Virus record (IMG/VR): IMGVR_UViG_2541047840_000001
Strand: one strand, 5' to 3'
DNA: 46,824 nt
From: a virus
Taxonomy: Duplodnaviria; Heunggongvirae; Uroviricota; Caudoviricetes
Shown here: positions 1 to 10,707 of the stretch, piece by piece
Position numbering within the stretch: position 1 is the stretch's first letter
Layout of the letters: every line of letters begins with the position of its first letter
Notes under the pieces: model-generated
The model's database searches: none
What the model was told of the DNA's origin: nothing
What the model saw: the letters and a program-made list of their open reading frames with translations, nothing else
Position numbers and translations under genes: made by a program

Positions 1-2037
1 GCATTTGCTGCTGCTAACAATGCAGCAAATTTCAATCGTGAAAACAAAATGATTGGTCTTACGGCAGATATGAAGCCGGAAGAAGTTCAGGCGATGGGGC
101 AGGCGATGCTTGTTACCGGAACGGCCACCAACCAGTTTGCATCTGATATTCAGGCCGCTCAGGGTTTTCTCGTCGCTGCTGGGCAGGATTATAAAGAGGC
201 TCAGGCGAATCTACTAACTATTGGGCGAACAGCTACAGCTACTGGCTCTGATATCCTCGATGTCTCGAAAGCATCATTTACATTAAGTGACTCATTGAAG
301 ATTGATCCATCTCAAATGAAGTCTGCAATGGGGATTCTGGTTCAGGCAGGGAAAGAGGGAAACTTTGAATTTAAAGATATGGCCAAAAATCTTCCTGTGC
401 TTGGTGCTCAGTTCCAGGCATTAAAAATGGGAGGTAAAGAAGCCGCCGCGACGATGGGGGCAGCTTTGCAGATAGCTCGCAAAGGTGCTGCAACTTCGGA
501 TGAGGCTGCTAATAATATGAACAACTTTTTGGCAAAAATACTTTCCCCTGAAACACTAAAAAAAGCAAAGAAAAATTTCGGTGTAGATTTATATAAAATT
601 GTCACAACAGCGCAGAAAAAAGGGAAGAATCCATTCGAAGCTGCAATGCATTCTGTCATGAAAATGACTAAGAACGGAGATCAGAAGTTACTTGGTGAAC
701 TATTTGGCGATATGCAGGTTCAGAACTTTGTTCGTCCGATGATTCAAAACTGGAAGGAATACCAGAGAATCAAAGCAACATCTCTTGGAGCTGGAAGTGC
801 TGTTATTGACCGCGATTTTGCCAACATAACGAAAGATAATGCGGAGCGATTGAAACAATTACGTATTCAGGCTAGCAATGCATCATTAAGTTTTGGTCAG
901 GCCTTGCAACCTGCTTTGAATGCCGCGCTTAGTGTTTTGGTTCCGCTGATTACAAAAATTAGTGAATTTGTAGCTAACAACCCCAATTTTGTGTCTCAGA
1001 TAGTGATGGCGGCAGGTGCGTTTCTAACCATGAAAAGTGTGGTTATAGCGTGTAGGGTAGCTATGCTGGCTTTATCTGTAGCGACAAAGCTAACACCCTT
1101 CGGGTGGATTCAGATGGCTATATCTGCGCTGGTTGCCGCAGGAATATTGCTCTATCAGAACTGGGATAAGATCAGAGATTATGCTGTCAGAGTTTGGCCT
1201 TCTGTTAAGGAATATACAGTTAAATCGTTTGAGACTATAAAAAACTTTATCTTAAACTTTGATCTCAATGGATGGATTATATCTATATTTGGTAAAGCAT
1301 GGGATTATCTTTCCAACATAAACTGGAGTTCGGCAGGAGTAAGAATTTACAGTACATTAATTAGTGCTTTTAAATGGATGTCTCCGCTTCCGTTCTTAAT
1401 TAAAGCATTTAAACTTACAACAAATTACCTTTCTGGCATTAACTGGAGCGAAACAGGAAAGAAAATCATAGATACACTGGTATCTGTTTTTATGCGTTTT
1501 TCGCCAGTTGGACTCTTTATAAGAGCATTCCAATCTGTAACGTCTTATTTATCTGGAATAAACTGGAGTGAGTCAGGTGCAAAAATAATTGAGACGTTAA
1601 TCATTGGGATAAAATCAAAAGCAAATGCTTTAATTAATGAAGTGAAAGGCGTTTTTTCTTCTGTACGTGAGTATTTACCGTTCTCTGACGCGAAAAAAGG
1701 TCCATTCTCACAGCTAACAAAGTCAGGTGGTGCAATAATGACTACTCTGGCATCAGGTGTTAGCAGGAATAACAGCTTACAGAATGCAATAGCAACCAAG
1801 TTCGGGCAATCAAATTTATCACCTCACGGGATATCTGCCGCCGGGACTTCTGGACCTCGCCAGAACGTTAACGCTGTGACTGGTGGAATAACCTATTCAC
1901 CTGTAATCAATCTTCCGGCTGGTTCACCAAAGGAAACTGAGGCGGCAGCTAAAAGAGCATTAGATGCGGGATATTCTGATTTTGAGAAGAAATTGAGTGC
2001 TCATATGTTCCAACAACGGAGATTAAGTTTTGGATGA
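1..2037 (+). CDS. Tail tape measure protein, C-terminal portion (ORF open from window nt 1; track ORF 49..2037)
   Basis: 662-aa ORF with no in-frame stop upstream to nt 1; sits immediately upstream of X/D/V baseplate genes; hydrophobic central segment typical of tape measure proteins. Confidence 0.8.
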   Translation, partial: AFAAANNAANFNRENKMIGLTADMKPEEVQAMGQAMLVTGTATNQFASDIQAAQGFLVAAGQDYKEAQANLLTIGRTATATGSDILDVSKASFTLSDSLKIDPSQMKSAMGILVQAGKEGNFEFKDMAKNLPVLGAQFQALKMGGKEAAATMGAALQIARKGAATSDEAANNMNNFLAKILSPETLKKAKKNFGVDLYKIVTTAQKKGKNPFEAAMHSVMKMTKNGDQKLLGELFGDMQVQNFVRPMIQNWKEYQRIKATSLGAGSAVIDRDFANITKDNAERLKQLRIQASNASLSFGQALQPALNAALSVLVPLITKISEFVANNPNFVSQIVMAAGAFLTMKSVVIACRVAMLALSVATKLTPFGWIQMAISALVAAGILLYQNWDKIRDYAVRVWPSVKEYTVKSFETIKNFILNFDLNGWIISIFGKAWDYLSNINWSSAGVRIYSTLISAFKWMSPLPFLIKAFKLTTNYLSGINWSETGKKIIDTLVSVFMRFSPVGLFIRAFQSVTSYLSGINWSESGAKIIETLIIGIKSKANALINEVKGVFSSVREYLPFSDAKKGPFSQLTKSGGAIMTTLASGVSRNNSLQNAIATKFGQSNLSPHGISAAGTSGPRQNVNAVTGGITYSPVINLPAGSPKETEAAAKRALDAGYSDFEKKLSAHMFQQRRLSFG

Positions 2038-2248
2038 TTATAGAACGGTTCAAGGGGACTCATGGGATAGTATCGCGTTAAAGTTGTATGGTAATGAGTA
2101 CCTGTCTTATCTTCTTATTGATGCTAATACTGAGCACCGCTTTACGGTGCTTTTTTCTGCGGGAATTATTCTTAAAGTTCCTGATGCTCCGGTTATGCCA
2201 ATATCAGTAAACAATTTGCCTCCGTGGAGACGCAATAGTGTTACGTAA
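2030..2248 (+). CDS. Phage tail protein X (LysM-like small tail protein)
   Basis: 72 aa, position between tape measure and gpD-like gene; DSWDSIALKLYGNEY motif resembles the tail protein X family. Confidence 0.6.
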   Translation: MDDYRTVQGDSWDSIALKLYGNEYLSYLLIDANTEHRFTVLFSAGIILKVPDAPVMPISVNNLPPWRRNSVT

Positions 2249-3239
2249 AACGCTTTTTGATGTTATATATCAGAATGTAAATATTACCGCTCATATGTCA
2301 CCTGATGTTTTGTCAATGTCTTATACAGATAATGAAGATGGTCAGGTCGATGATATTTCTATTATATTAAAAAATGATGATGGGAAATGGTCTGGAGACT
2401 GGACACCTAAAAAGGGTGATTTTATTGATTTGAGCTTTAAGCCTATAAATCAAATCGTCCTTGAGTGCGGGAAATTCCAGGTGGATGGCATAACTTGCTC
2501 TGGACCACCTTCTGTTGTTGAGGTGACTGCTGTTTCTGTTCCTGTTTCATCAGGCATTAGACGTGATTTAAAAAGTAATGCATGGGAAAAAACAACTCTT
2601 AAAGATATAGCAACTTCTATAGCTAAATTAGCTAACCTTGAACTGTTGTTTCTTATTGATGGTGATAGTAATCCATATTATGCGCGTGAAGATCAAATGG
2701 AGGAAAGCGATTTAAAATTTCTCCATCGACTTTGCCAGGATGAAGGGTTGTCGTTAAAGGTCACTGATAGCCAATTAATAATATTTGCTCAAGAGATGTT
2801 TGAGCAAAAAGATCCTATCGCTACGCTTACGTTAGGTATTGATGAGATAATCAGATATAGCTTTAGCACACAATCTACAGATTTGTATAAAAGTTGCACG
2901 TGCAAATATCGCGTACCTAAAAAAAGAAAGTCGCTTTCGTATACTTGGGTAGATCCATCCGTAGAAGAAGGGTCGAATCTTAAGATAAGAAAACTGGTAG
3001 CTAATTTAGATGAAGCAAAACGTAAGGCAAAGGCTGCTTTGCGGCTTAAAAATAGATATCAAAATACCGGATCTTTAGTATTGGTTGGAGACACCAGATT
3101 GGTAGCTGGTGTAACTATAAATCTGGACGGATTCGGTTTATTTTCTGGAAAATATCTTATATCGAAAGCTGTGCATTCAATTGGGGCTAGTGGTTATACC
3201 ACCTCGATTGATGTCCGAAGAGTAATTAATGGGTATTAA
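2238..3239 (+). CDS. Late control gene D-like tail/baseplate hub protein
   Basis: 333 aa, GTG start overlapping upstream stop; size and position match P2 gpD / Mu gp44-like proteins. Confidence 0.75.
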   Translation: MLRKTLFDVIYQNVNITAHMSPDVLSMSYTDNEDGQVDDISIILKNDDGKWSGDWTPKKGDFIDLSFKPINQIVLECGKFQVDGITCSGPPSVVEVTAVSVPVSSGIRRDLKSNAWEKTTLKDIATSIAKLANLELLFLIDGDSNPYYAREDQMEESDLKFLHRLCQDEGLSLKVTDSQLIIFAQEMFEQKDPIATLTLGIDEIIRYSFSTQSTDLYKSCTCKYRVPKKRKSLSYTWVDPSVEEGSNLKIRKLVANLDEAKRKAKAALRLKNRYQNTGSLVLVGDTRLVAGVTINLDGFGLFSGKYLISKAVHSIGASGYTTSIDVRRVINGY

Positions 3240-3241
3240 TT

Positions 3242-3862
3242 ATGAATGATTTAGAAACATTATTACGTCAGACTATAAGAGTTGGCGTTGTTTCTGATAT
3301 TGATGATGGTGATGTTACAGCAAGAGTTACTTTCGATGATCAGGATAACGTCACTTCGGCAAAGTTATCAGTTATTGTGAAAAATACAGATAAGAATGCT
3401 GATTACTGGATGCCAGATATTGGTGAGCAAGTTTTGTGTATCTTTCATCCCGCAGGGCCGCAACAAGGTTTTATTCTTGGTAGTTTTTATGATGAAACAC
3501 AGAAGCCGCCATCTAATACTGTTAATAAACGCGTCATTAGATTTAATAACGGAACTCGTATTGAGATAGACAGAGAATCTAATTTACTCCTTGTTGATGC
3601 TGTCGGAGATGTAACCGTTAAGGCTACAGGAACCGTAACTATTGATGCTCCAGAAACCATCATTACCGGAAATGCTACAGTTGAAGGATTACTAACCTTC
3701 AAAGGTGGAATGAAAGGATCTTCTGCTGGAGGTGTTGCAGCTACAATTTCTGGGAATGTTAAGGTTGTTGGTGGTGATATAGATGTTGATGGGATTAAAT
3801 CTAAAGGCCACCATCACACAGCTCAGGGGGAATACGCTTCGACAACGGAGGCTCAGGCATGA
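3242..3862 (+). CDS. Baseplate spike protein (gpV-like)
   Basis: 206 aa, Gly/Val-rich C-terminal repeat region typical of gpV spike; gene order. Confidence 0.75.
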   Translation: MNDLETLLRQTIRVGVVSDIDDGDVTARVTFDDQDNVTSAKLSVIVKNTDKNADYWMPDIGEQVLCIFHPAGPQQGFILGSFYDETQKPPSNTVNKRVIRFNNGTRIEIDRESNLLLVDAVGDVTVKATGTVTIDAPETIITGNATVEGLLTFKGGMKGSSAGGVAATISGNVKVVGGDIDVDGIKSKGHHHTAQGEYASTTEAQA

Positions 3863-4326
3863 TTGTGGGTATGCTTGGTACAATGCCTTTTGTTGCCTCA
3901 TCAATAGTAGTGAATACGTTCAACAATTTTAAAAGGACGTCAAAGCGTCGTGTAGCGCGCCATGATGTTATTGGGCTTAAACCTGTTCTGGAGGATATAG
4001 GTCCAGATCTGGATGAAGTTAGTTTTAATATGCGGTTGGATACAACACTTGGCATTGTTCCATTGGCTGCGCTTTCATTACTTAGGACAATGCAATCAAT
4101 TCAGGAAGTAAATCCTGTTGTAATTGGTATTCAGTATTTTGGTAATTTTATAATTACAGATATAGAGGAATCATGGACTTATTTCGGTCCAACTGGGAAT
4201 CCGCGAGTGATTATCGTCGGCATTAAATTACAGGAAGTCGGACAGACCTCTCTGAAAGAAGCATTAGTTGATATTGCTGGCAATATAGAGTCAAAAACTA
4301 GAAGTGCGTTAGGTAAATTATTATGA
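3859..4326 (+). CDS. Tail/baseplate-associated protein of uncertain function
   Basis: 155 aa ORF translationally coupled between gpV-like and gpW-like genes; no confident family assignment by eye. Confidence 0.5.
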   Translation: MIVGMLGTMPFVASSIVVNTFNNFKRTSKRRVARHDVIGLKPVLEDIGPDLDEVSFNMRLDTTLGIVPLAALSLLRTMQSIQEVNPVVIGIQYFGNFIITDIEESWTYFGPTGNPRVIIVGIKLQEVGQTSLKEALVDIAGNIESKTRSALGKLL

Positions 4327-4643
4327 ATAATACGTTTACCATATCATCACCTTCTTACTCGATTGATTGGTCGCCCAAAACAGTTGTAGAAGAAGTTTTG
4401 CAAAATGTCTCTACTATTATTAATACTCAGATTGGCACTGTACCATATGCCAGAAAATTAGGAGTTAATTCAAGTCTTGTTGATAGCCCCAGTCCAATTT
4501 TTATTGCTACAGCAACACGAGAAATAATTCAAAAAATTAGTGAGTTTGAGCCTAGAGCGATTATCCATTCTGTTACTTTTGAAAGAACGGACGTTTCTGA
4601 TGGTTTTATTAGGCCAAAACTTGTGATAGGAGTTAGAGAATGA
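4323..4643 (+). CDS. Baseplate wedge protein (gpW / gp25-like)
   Basis: 106 aa, size and position preceding gpJ-like gene. Confidence 0.7.
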   Translation: MNNTFTISSPSYSIDWSPKTVVEEVLQNVSTIINTQIGTVPYARKLGVNSSLVDSPSPIFIATATREIIQKISEFEPRAIIHSVTFERTDVSDGFIRPKLVIGVRE

Positions 4644-5764
4644 CGTTGCCGCGTGGTGGTTTGCCAGATATTACTTTCGCAGATTCTAACCCGACTGATA
4701 TAACAACTCGTTCAATCAGGGCTTTTGAGAGTATAACAGGTGAAACATTAGCACCTGCTGATCCACGTAGATTATTCATCTTATCATTGTGTGAGATTAT
4801 TATACAGCAAAGAAAAGCTATCGATTTTTCTGCAAAACAAAACCTTCTTACATATGGTGAAGGTGAATATCTCGACCATATAGGCTATCTGACGGATACG
4901 CCTAGGCTGGAAGCTCAATCTGCCTTGACTACATTTGAGTTTAATCTGTCAACAAAATTATCGGGGATATATACAATACCTTCTGGCACTCAAGTTTCAA
5001 CTGGAAATGGTGTTATTTTCCAAACAGATGTTTTGTTGGAAATACCTGCTGGGAAAACAGTTGGTACAGTCTCAGGATATGCTGTTATACCTGGTTTATC
5101 GGGGAATGGCTTTTTACCAGGGCAAATAAATGAGTTGGTGACTCCGTTGCCGTATGTTTCCAGCGTAAGGAATCTAACAACATCTAATTCTGGTGCTGAT
5201 ACAGAGTCAGATGATAATTATGCTGAAAGAATAAAACTGTCGCCGGAAAAACTGTCTACAGCAGGGCCGGAGGATTCTTATAAATATTGGACAAGAACAG
5301 CCAATCAGAATATAAAAGATGTGAATGTATATACACCATCGCCCGGAACTGTAGAAATCCGTTCTTTGTTAGAGAACGGAGATATACCTTCTGATGAACT
5401 ATTGGAGCAGATAAATAGCGTTCTCTCTGCAACTAATATTCGACCATTCACAGATAAAGTTCTTGTTAAGAAACCAGAGAGCATTGAATACGATATAGTA
5501 ATTAAATACTGGATTAACTCATCGGACAAAAACAGAACAACATTAATTCAAAGTGAGGTTGAGAAAGCTATTGATGAGTATAAACAATGGCAACGTTCGG
5601 TTATGGGAAGAGATATAAATCCAGATGAAATTATTCAACGTTTAAAAAATGCTGGGGCTAAAAGATTAGAAATATCAAGTCCTGTATTTACTGTGGTTGG
5701 AGAGACGCAGGTCGCCAGAGAGAGAAATATAAATTGCCAGTATGCGGGGTTAGAGGATGGCTGA
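4640..5764 (+). CDS. Baseplate protein J-like
   Basis: 374 aa, coupled to W and I genes; typical baseplate J size and order. Confidence 0.8.
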   Translation: MTLPRGGLPDITFADSNPTDITTRSIRAFESITGETLAPADPRRLFILSLCEIIIQQRKAIDFSAKQNLLTYGEGEYLDHIGYLTDTPRLEAQSALTTFEFNLSTKLSGIYTIPSGTQVSTGNGVIFQTDVLLEIPAGKTVGTVSGYAVIPGLSGNGFLPGQINELVTPLPYVSSVRNLTTSNSGADTESDDNYAERIKLSPEKLSTAGPEDSYKYWTRTANQNIKDVNVYTPSPGTVEIRSLLENGDIPSDELLEQINSVLSATNIRPFTDKVLVKKPESIEYDIVIKYWINSSDKNRTTLIQSEVEKAIDEYKQWQRSVMGRDINPDEIIQRLKNAGAKRLEISSPVFTVVGETQVARERNINCQYAGLEDG

Positions 5765-6338
5765 TATCTTTAATGTTAGCTTGTTGGATGTTTTACCTCC
5801 TAACTTAGCTAGAGATCCGAACGTGATAGCTATGTCGAAAGCTATCGATGATGAACTACAAGCAATTAACAATTTAATATATAAGACAGAAATATATAGC
5901 GTTGTTGATAACCTGGACTCAGTTGTTCTCGATCATTTAGCTTGGCAATGGAATGCTGATACATGGAGGGATAGTTGGCCTGTATCGTTAAAGCGTTCTG
6001 TTTTTAAATCAATAATACGAACAAAGCGAATAAAGGGTACAAGGGCAGCGGTTGAAGATGTAGTAAATAGCTTGGGTGGAGAGGTAAACATAACAGAATG
6101 GTTTGAAACATCACCACCTGGCGAGCCATATACAGCCTCAATTGTTGCTTCGATTAACTCTTTTGATGGTGCCGTTCCTTCGAAAGAAATGTTGGAAGAT
6201 ACGTTAAGAAGTATCAAGAGCGCAAAGTCGGCAAGAACATTATTTACATTTTCGCAAGCAGCCAATGTTTCTGGTGGTGTCGGTATTGTTGGTGCTTGTC
6301 AGCCTGTGTCTTATGTACGATTAATTGGCGAGTGCTAA
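5757..6338 (+). CDS. Tail protein I-like (baseplate, fibre attachment)
   Basis: 193 aa, immediately upstream of tail fibre gene. Confidence 0.7.
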   Translation: MADIFNVSLLDVLPPNLARDPNVIAMSKAIDDELQAINNLIYKTEIYSVVDNLDSVVLDHLAWQWNADTWRDSWPVSLKRSVFKSIIRTKRIKGTRAAVEDVVNSLGGEVNITEWFETSPPGEPYTASIVASINSFDGAVPSKEMLEDTLRSIKSAKSARTLFTFSQAANVSGGVGIVGACQPVSYVRLIGEC

Positions 6339-6368
6339 TTCGCAATTTGTTAATTCAAGGAATTAAGC

Positions 6369-8723
6369 GTGAGTAAATTATTATTTACGATGACTGACGC
6401 CGGGCGTCAGGAGCTGGTTAATGCCAACAAAACAGGAACAAATAAAGTTGAGATTGTTTCTGTTGGTTTAGGTAGTAGATATTATGTCACGTCAACCTCA
6501 CAAACAAATATAACAAACGAAATAAAACGACTTACCACAATAGGTGGCAAAGTTGTTTCCCCTGATACAATTCATGTAACAGCGAAGGATGATAGTAAAG
6601 ATGAGTATGTTGTCCATACAATAGGATTGTATACGAATAAGGGGGCGTTGTTTGCTGTATACTCACAAGAACAAGCAATAATAAATAAAGCATCATCTAC
6701 TATCGCTTTAATATCAAGTGATATAGCAATTAAGACTCTTGATACTAAAAATATTACATTTGGTGATATTGAGTTTATTAATCCTCCCGCGACCGAAACT
6801 GTTGTTGGGGTGGCAAGATTTGCTAATGAACAAGAAATTGAGGCAGGTACAGATGATTCCCTTGCTGTTTCAGCAAAGCGGCTTAAGCAAGCCATTGTGA
6901 AACATGAGCAATCACGTAATCATCCTGATGCAACTTTAACCTCAAAAGGCTTTGTTCAACTTAGCAGCGCCACCAATAGCGCGTCTGAAACGCTTGCTGC
7001 GACGCCTAAGGCTGTTAAGGCAGCATATGACCTTGCTAACGCTAAATACACCGCACAGGACGCTACCACAGCGCGAAAAGGGATTGTTCAGCTCAGTAGT
7101 GCCACCAACAGCACGTCTGAAACGCTAGCAGCAACACCAAAGGCTGTTAAGGCAGCGTATGATCTTGCGGCCGGAAAGGCTCCGTCCAATCACACGCATT
7201 CGTGGGAGCAGATAACAAATGTGCCTGTAGCTTCACTGACTGTAAGGGGAATAACTCAGCTCAGTAGTGCCACTAACAGCACGTCTGAAACGCTGGCTGC
7301 GACACCAAAAGCTGTTAAGGCGGTAATGGATAAAACGAACAAGAAAGCGCCCTTAAACAGTCCTGCGCTGACCGGAACACCAACAACACCAACTGCGCCA
7401 AAAGGTACTAACAATACTCAGATCGCAAGCACGGCTTATGTTATGGCTGCGATCGCTGCCCTCGTGGACTCGTCGCCTGACGCACTAAATACGCTGAACG
7501 AGCTGGCTGCGGCGTTGGGCAACGACCCGAATTTTGCGACCACCATGACTAACGCGCTTGCGGGTAAGCAACCGAAAGATGCCACCCTGACGGCGCTGGC
7601 CGGGCTTGCTACTGCGGCAGACAGGTTTCCGTATTTTACGGGGAATGATGTCGCCAGCCTGGCAACTCTGACAAAAGTCGGGCGGGATATTCTTGCGAAA
7701 TCGACCGTTGCCGCCGTTATCGAATACCTCGGTTTACAGGAAACGGTAAATCAGGCTTCTGGCGCATTACAGAAAAACCAGAACGGCGCAGATATTCCTG
7801 ATAAAAGATTATTCCTGCGCAATATTGGAGCAACAAATTCAACAACCATGTCTTTTAATGGTGGTGTAGGATGGTTCAAACTGGCAACTGTAACAATGCC
7901 ACAAGCCAGTTCCGTGGTTTACATAAGCCTGATTGGTGGTGCAGGGTATAACGTTGGCTCCCCGCAGCAAGCAGGCATCTCTGAGCTGGTTCTGCGTGCC
8001 GGAAATGGAAATCCAAAGGGTATTACTGGTGCATTATGGCGACGGACCTCGGTTGGATTTACTAATTTTGCATGGGTGAATACATCCGGTGATACCTATG
8101 ACATTTATGTAGAAATAGGTAATTACGCCACGGGTGTTAATATCCAGTGGGATTATACAAAGGATGCCACTGTACAAATTCATACATCACCAACTTATAC
8201 AGCGAATAAACCGACAGGCCTGACAGATGGGACTGTATATGTAATTTACAGTTCGCACATAAAACCGACTGCTGCTGATGTTGGGGCGTTGTCATTATCT
8301 GGTGGTCAATTGAATGGTGCACTGGGTATCGGAACATCCAGTGCTCTTGGCGGTAACTCGATTGTTTTGGGTGATAATGACACGGGCTTTAAACAAAATG
8401 GCGACGGTAATCTGGACGTTTATGCTAATAACGTCCATGTTATGCGCTTTGTCTCCGGCAGCATTCAAAGTAATAAAACCATAAATATTACAGGGCGTGT
8501 TAACCCCTCGGATTACGGTAACTTTGATTCCCGTTATGTGAAAGATGTTCGCCTGGGTACGCGTGTTGTTCAATTGATGGCGCGTGGTGGTCGTTATGAA
8601 AAAGCCGGACACGCAATTACCGGATTAAGAATCATTGGTGAAGTAGATGGCGATGATGAAGCCATCTTCAGACCAATACAAAAATACATCAATGGCACAT
8701 GGTATAACGTCGCACAGGTGTAA
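6369..8723 (+). CDS. Tail fibre protein (constant N-terminal part plus invertible variable C-terminal part)
   Basis: 784 aa, GTG start; three tandem SSATNS-SETLAATPKAVKA fibre repeats; C-terminus ends PIQKYINGTWYN like the alternative fibre end on the minus strand; gix-like site inside the gene. Confidence 0.85.
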   Translation: MSKLLFTMTDAGRQELVNANKTGTNKVEIVSVGLGSRYYVTSTSQTNITNEIKRLTTIGGKVVSPDTIHVTAKDDSKDEYVVHTIGLYTNKGALFAVYSQEQAIINKASSTIALISSDIAIKTLDTKNITFGDIEFINPPATETVVGVARFANEQEIEAGTDDSLAVSAKRLKQAIVKHEQSRNHPDATLTSKGFVQLSSATNSASETLAATPKAVKAAYDLANAKYTAQDATTARKGIVQLSSATNSTSETLAATPKAVKAAYDLAAGKAPSNHTHSWEQITNVPVASLTVRGITQLSSATNSTSETLAATPKAVKAVMDKTNKKAPLNSPALTGTPTTPTAPKGTNNTQIASTAYVMAAIAALVDSSPDALNTLNELAAALGNDPNFATTMTNALAGKQPKDATLTALAGLATAADRFPYFTGNDVASLATLTKVGRDILAKSTVAAVIEYLGLQETVNQASGALQKNQNGADIPDKRLFLRNIGATNSTTMSFNGGVGWFKLATVTMPQASSVVYISLIGGAGYNVGSPQQAGISELVLRAGNGNPKGITGALWRRTSVGFTNFAWVNTSGDTYDIYVEIGNYATGVNIQWDYTKDATVQIHTSPTYTANKPTGLTDGTVYVIYSSHIKPTAADVGALSLSGGQLNGALGIGTSSALGGNSIVLGDNDTGFKQNGDGNLDVYANNVHVMRFVSGSIQSNKTINITGRVNPSDYGNFDSRYVKDVRLGTRVVQLMARGGRYEKAGHAITGLRIIGEVDGDDEAIFRPIQKYINGTWYNVAQV
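6948..7330 (+). repeat. Three in-frame tandem coding repeats (about 40 aa each) inside tail fibre gene
   Basis: Near-identical blocks GxxQLSSATNSxSETLAATPKAVKA repeated three times in the translation. Confidence 0.7.
7717..7742. other. gix/hix-like recombination site (left crossover site of invertible segment)
   Basis: TTATCGAATACC-TC-GGTTTACAGGAA; inner half-site is a perfect match to the Gin/Hin-type half-site TTCCTGTAAACC as recalled. Confidence 0.65.
7726..7798. repeat. 73-bp perfect inverted repeat, left copy (IRL) of invertible fibre segment
   Basis: 7726-7798 is the exact reverse complement of 10708-10780 (checked base by base). Confidence 0.85.
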
Positions 8724-8726
8724 ATT

Positions 8727-9254
8727 ATGCAGCATTTAAAAAATATTAAGTCAGGAAATCCAAAAACAAAAGAGCAATATCAGCTAACAAAGAATTTTGA
8801 TGTTATCTGGTTATATACAGAAGACGGTAAAAACTGGTATGAGGAAGTAAATAACTTTCAGGACGACACCATAAAGATTGTATACGACGAAAATAATATT
8901 ATTGCCGCCATCACCAAAGATGCCTCCACGCTTAACCCTGAAGGTTTTAGCGTTGTCGAGGTTCCTGATATTACCGCCAACCGACGTGCTGATGACTCAG
9001 GTAAATGGATGTTTAAGGATGGTGCTGTGATTAAGCGGATTTATACGGCTGACGAACAGCAACAACAGGCCGAATCACAAAAGGCCGCGTTGATTTCCGA
9101 AGCTGAATCAGTCATCCAGCCGCTGGAACGCGCTGTCAGGCTGAATATGGCAACAGACGAGGAACGCACACGACTGGAAGCATGGGAACGCTACAGCGTT
9201 CTGGTCAGCCGTGTGGATACGGCAAATCCTGAATGGCCACAAAAGCCTGAATAA
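8727..9254 (+). CDS. Tail fibre assembly protein (chaperone)
   Basis: 175 aa directly after fibre gene; N-terminus [22 protein letters not shown] is paralogous to the minus-strand copy at 9283..9816. Confidence 0.8.
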   Translation: MQHLKNIKSGNPKTKEQYQLTKNFDVIWLYTEDGKNWYEEVNNFQDDTIKIVYDENNIIAAITKDASTLNPEGFSVVEVPDITANRRADDSGKWMFKDGAVIKRIYTADEQQQQAESQKAALISEAESVIQPLERAVRLNMATDEERTRLEAWERYSVLVSRVDTANPEWPQKPE

Positions 9255-9259
9255 AAATT

Positions 9260-9279
9260 AAGGCCCGATAGCGGGCCTT
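9260..9279. terminator. Hairpin between convergent fibre-assembly genes (bidirectional terminator-like)
   Basis: AAGGCCCG-ATA-GCGGGCCTT stem-loop followed by T-rich tract. Confidence 0.55.
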
Positions 9280-9282
9280 GTT

Positions 9283-9816
9283 TCATTCTGGTTGTTCTGG
9301 AAACGTTACTGGCAGGCTGGAGGTGTCTGTGGATTCGACCTTCTGCGCATAGAGCATCCACTCGGTTAATTTTTGTTTATTCTCGTTGGAAATGATACCC
9401 AGCCGTAGCTGTGAGTCCCATAGCTGGGTTTTATCCCTGACGAGCTGTAGCAGGCTTTGCTTTTCATTTTCCGCTTGTTGCCTCTGCTCTTCCTCGGTAT
9501 AAGTTCGCTTTATCACTACGCCATCTTTGAACAACCATTTCCCCGAAATATCAGCCCGGCGATTTGCTGTAATATCAGGTAATTCAACGACGCTTGCGCC
9601 TTCCGGATTAATTGCTGAAACATCCTTTTCAATACAAATAATAACGCCGTTATGGTCATAGACCATTTTCAAAGTGTCTGGCTGGAAATTCTTTTGTTCC
9701 TCATACCAGTTTTTTCCATCATCTGAATAAAGCCATTTGATGTTAAATTGCTTTGTTAGCTGGTATTGCTCTTTTGTTTTAGGGTTGCCAGCAGTAATGT
9801 TTTTTAAGTGCATCAT
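9283..9816 (-). CDS. Alternative tail fibre assembly protein
   Basis: 177 aa paralog of 8727..9254 in inverted orientation. Confidence 0.8.
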   Translation of the reverse strand: MMHLKNITAGNPKTKEQYQLTKQFNIKWLYSDDGKNWYEEQKNFQPDTLKMVYDHNGVIICIEKDVSAINPEGASVVELPDITANRRADISGKWLFKDGVVIKRTYTEEEQRQQAENEKQSLLQLVRDKTQLWDSQLRLGIISNENKQKLTEWMLYAQKVESTDTSSLPVTFPEQPE

Positions 9817-9818
9817 CG

Positions 9819-10707
9819 TTAAATACTCCCCGCGTTATACCACGTCCCATTAATGCAATACTGAATTGGCCTTGCCTGTGTTGTATCAATTAATTTATCA
9901 CGGTTTCCGTTAACTGAACCCGTAACGACATAACCTGACCTGTCAGACCAGCCGGGGCCATTCCATGTCTGAACAGATGACAGACCGCCAAGGCGAATAC
10001 CTGTAATAAACCTTGAGTTACATTCTGCCCGCGTGTATGCACCAACATCTCCCGCAGAGGGTTTGCGGGTCGTGGTGTAAAACTCTGACCAGTCAGCCTC
10101 AAATCCATAACCATCACGCGCTGAACGATAAAAAATACCGCCGTTCTTATAATTCACACGGAACTGTACGGCAGGGCAACTCCCCGCATTCATATTGAAG
10201 TGGAGGATTAATGTCGATGCACCGCTGATATCTGCATCATAAACACCGCTATTCCAGTTCCAGCCAACAGCTTTATCATTTGCAACCCTGCTTCCTGTTT
10301 GCCCTAAAGCAAATGCAGGCTGCTGGTTTTTCGTGTTGTAGTCTCGTCGCCAGCCAGGAGCGTAAGCATCACCATGATTAATATAAGTGAATTGAGCGTT
10401 AGTAATTCCGCCACCGCTGGACGTGCTCGGCGTGGTAACGCGTATGGTCATTGCGCCGCGAGTGCCAATAACTTCCACCACAGCACCTGCAAGACAAATA
10501 TTTCCGCAACCTGTATCTGTAATGACCTTATTATTTGCATAAGCCCATGAGCCTTTGCACATCCAGTAAGGATGGTTAAATGCCCCCTGGCTCTCCAGCC
10601 ACGAAATAAATTGCGCGGTTGTCCAGACCTGACTATCGCCACCAATATTCAGCCATGCGCTATATGCGCGGCAGGCCCCAATATTTTTGGTGAAGGTATC
10701 TTTTCCC
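9819..10707 (-). CDS. Alternative tail fibre variable C-terminal segment (Sv'-like, no own start; expressed after inversion)
   Basis: Minus-strand frame is open from 10780 down to the stop at 9819; translation through the IR reads LGLQETVNQASGALQKNQNGADIP, identical to the fibre gene at the left IR; reading frames match across the crossover. Confidence 0.75.

Noticed and set aside
6948-7330. Possible CRISPR-like or VNTR repeat array
   Set aside because: The repeats are in-frame coding repeats of the tail fibre (repeated peptide motif), with no short repeat-spacer periodicity; no CRISPR array was seen anywhere in the window.
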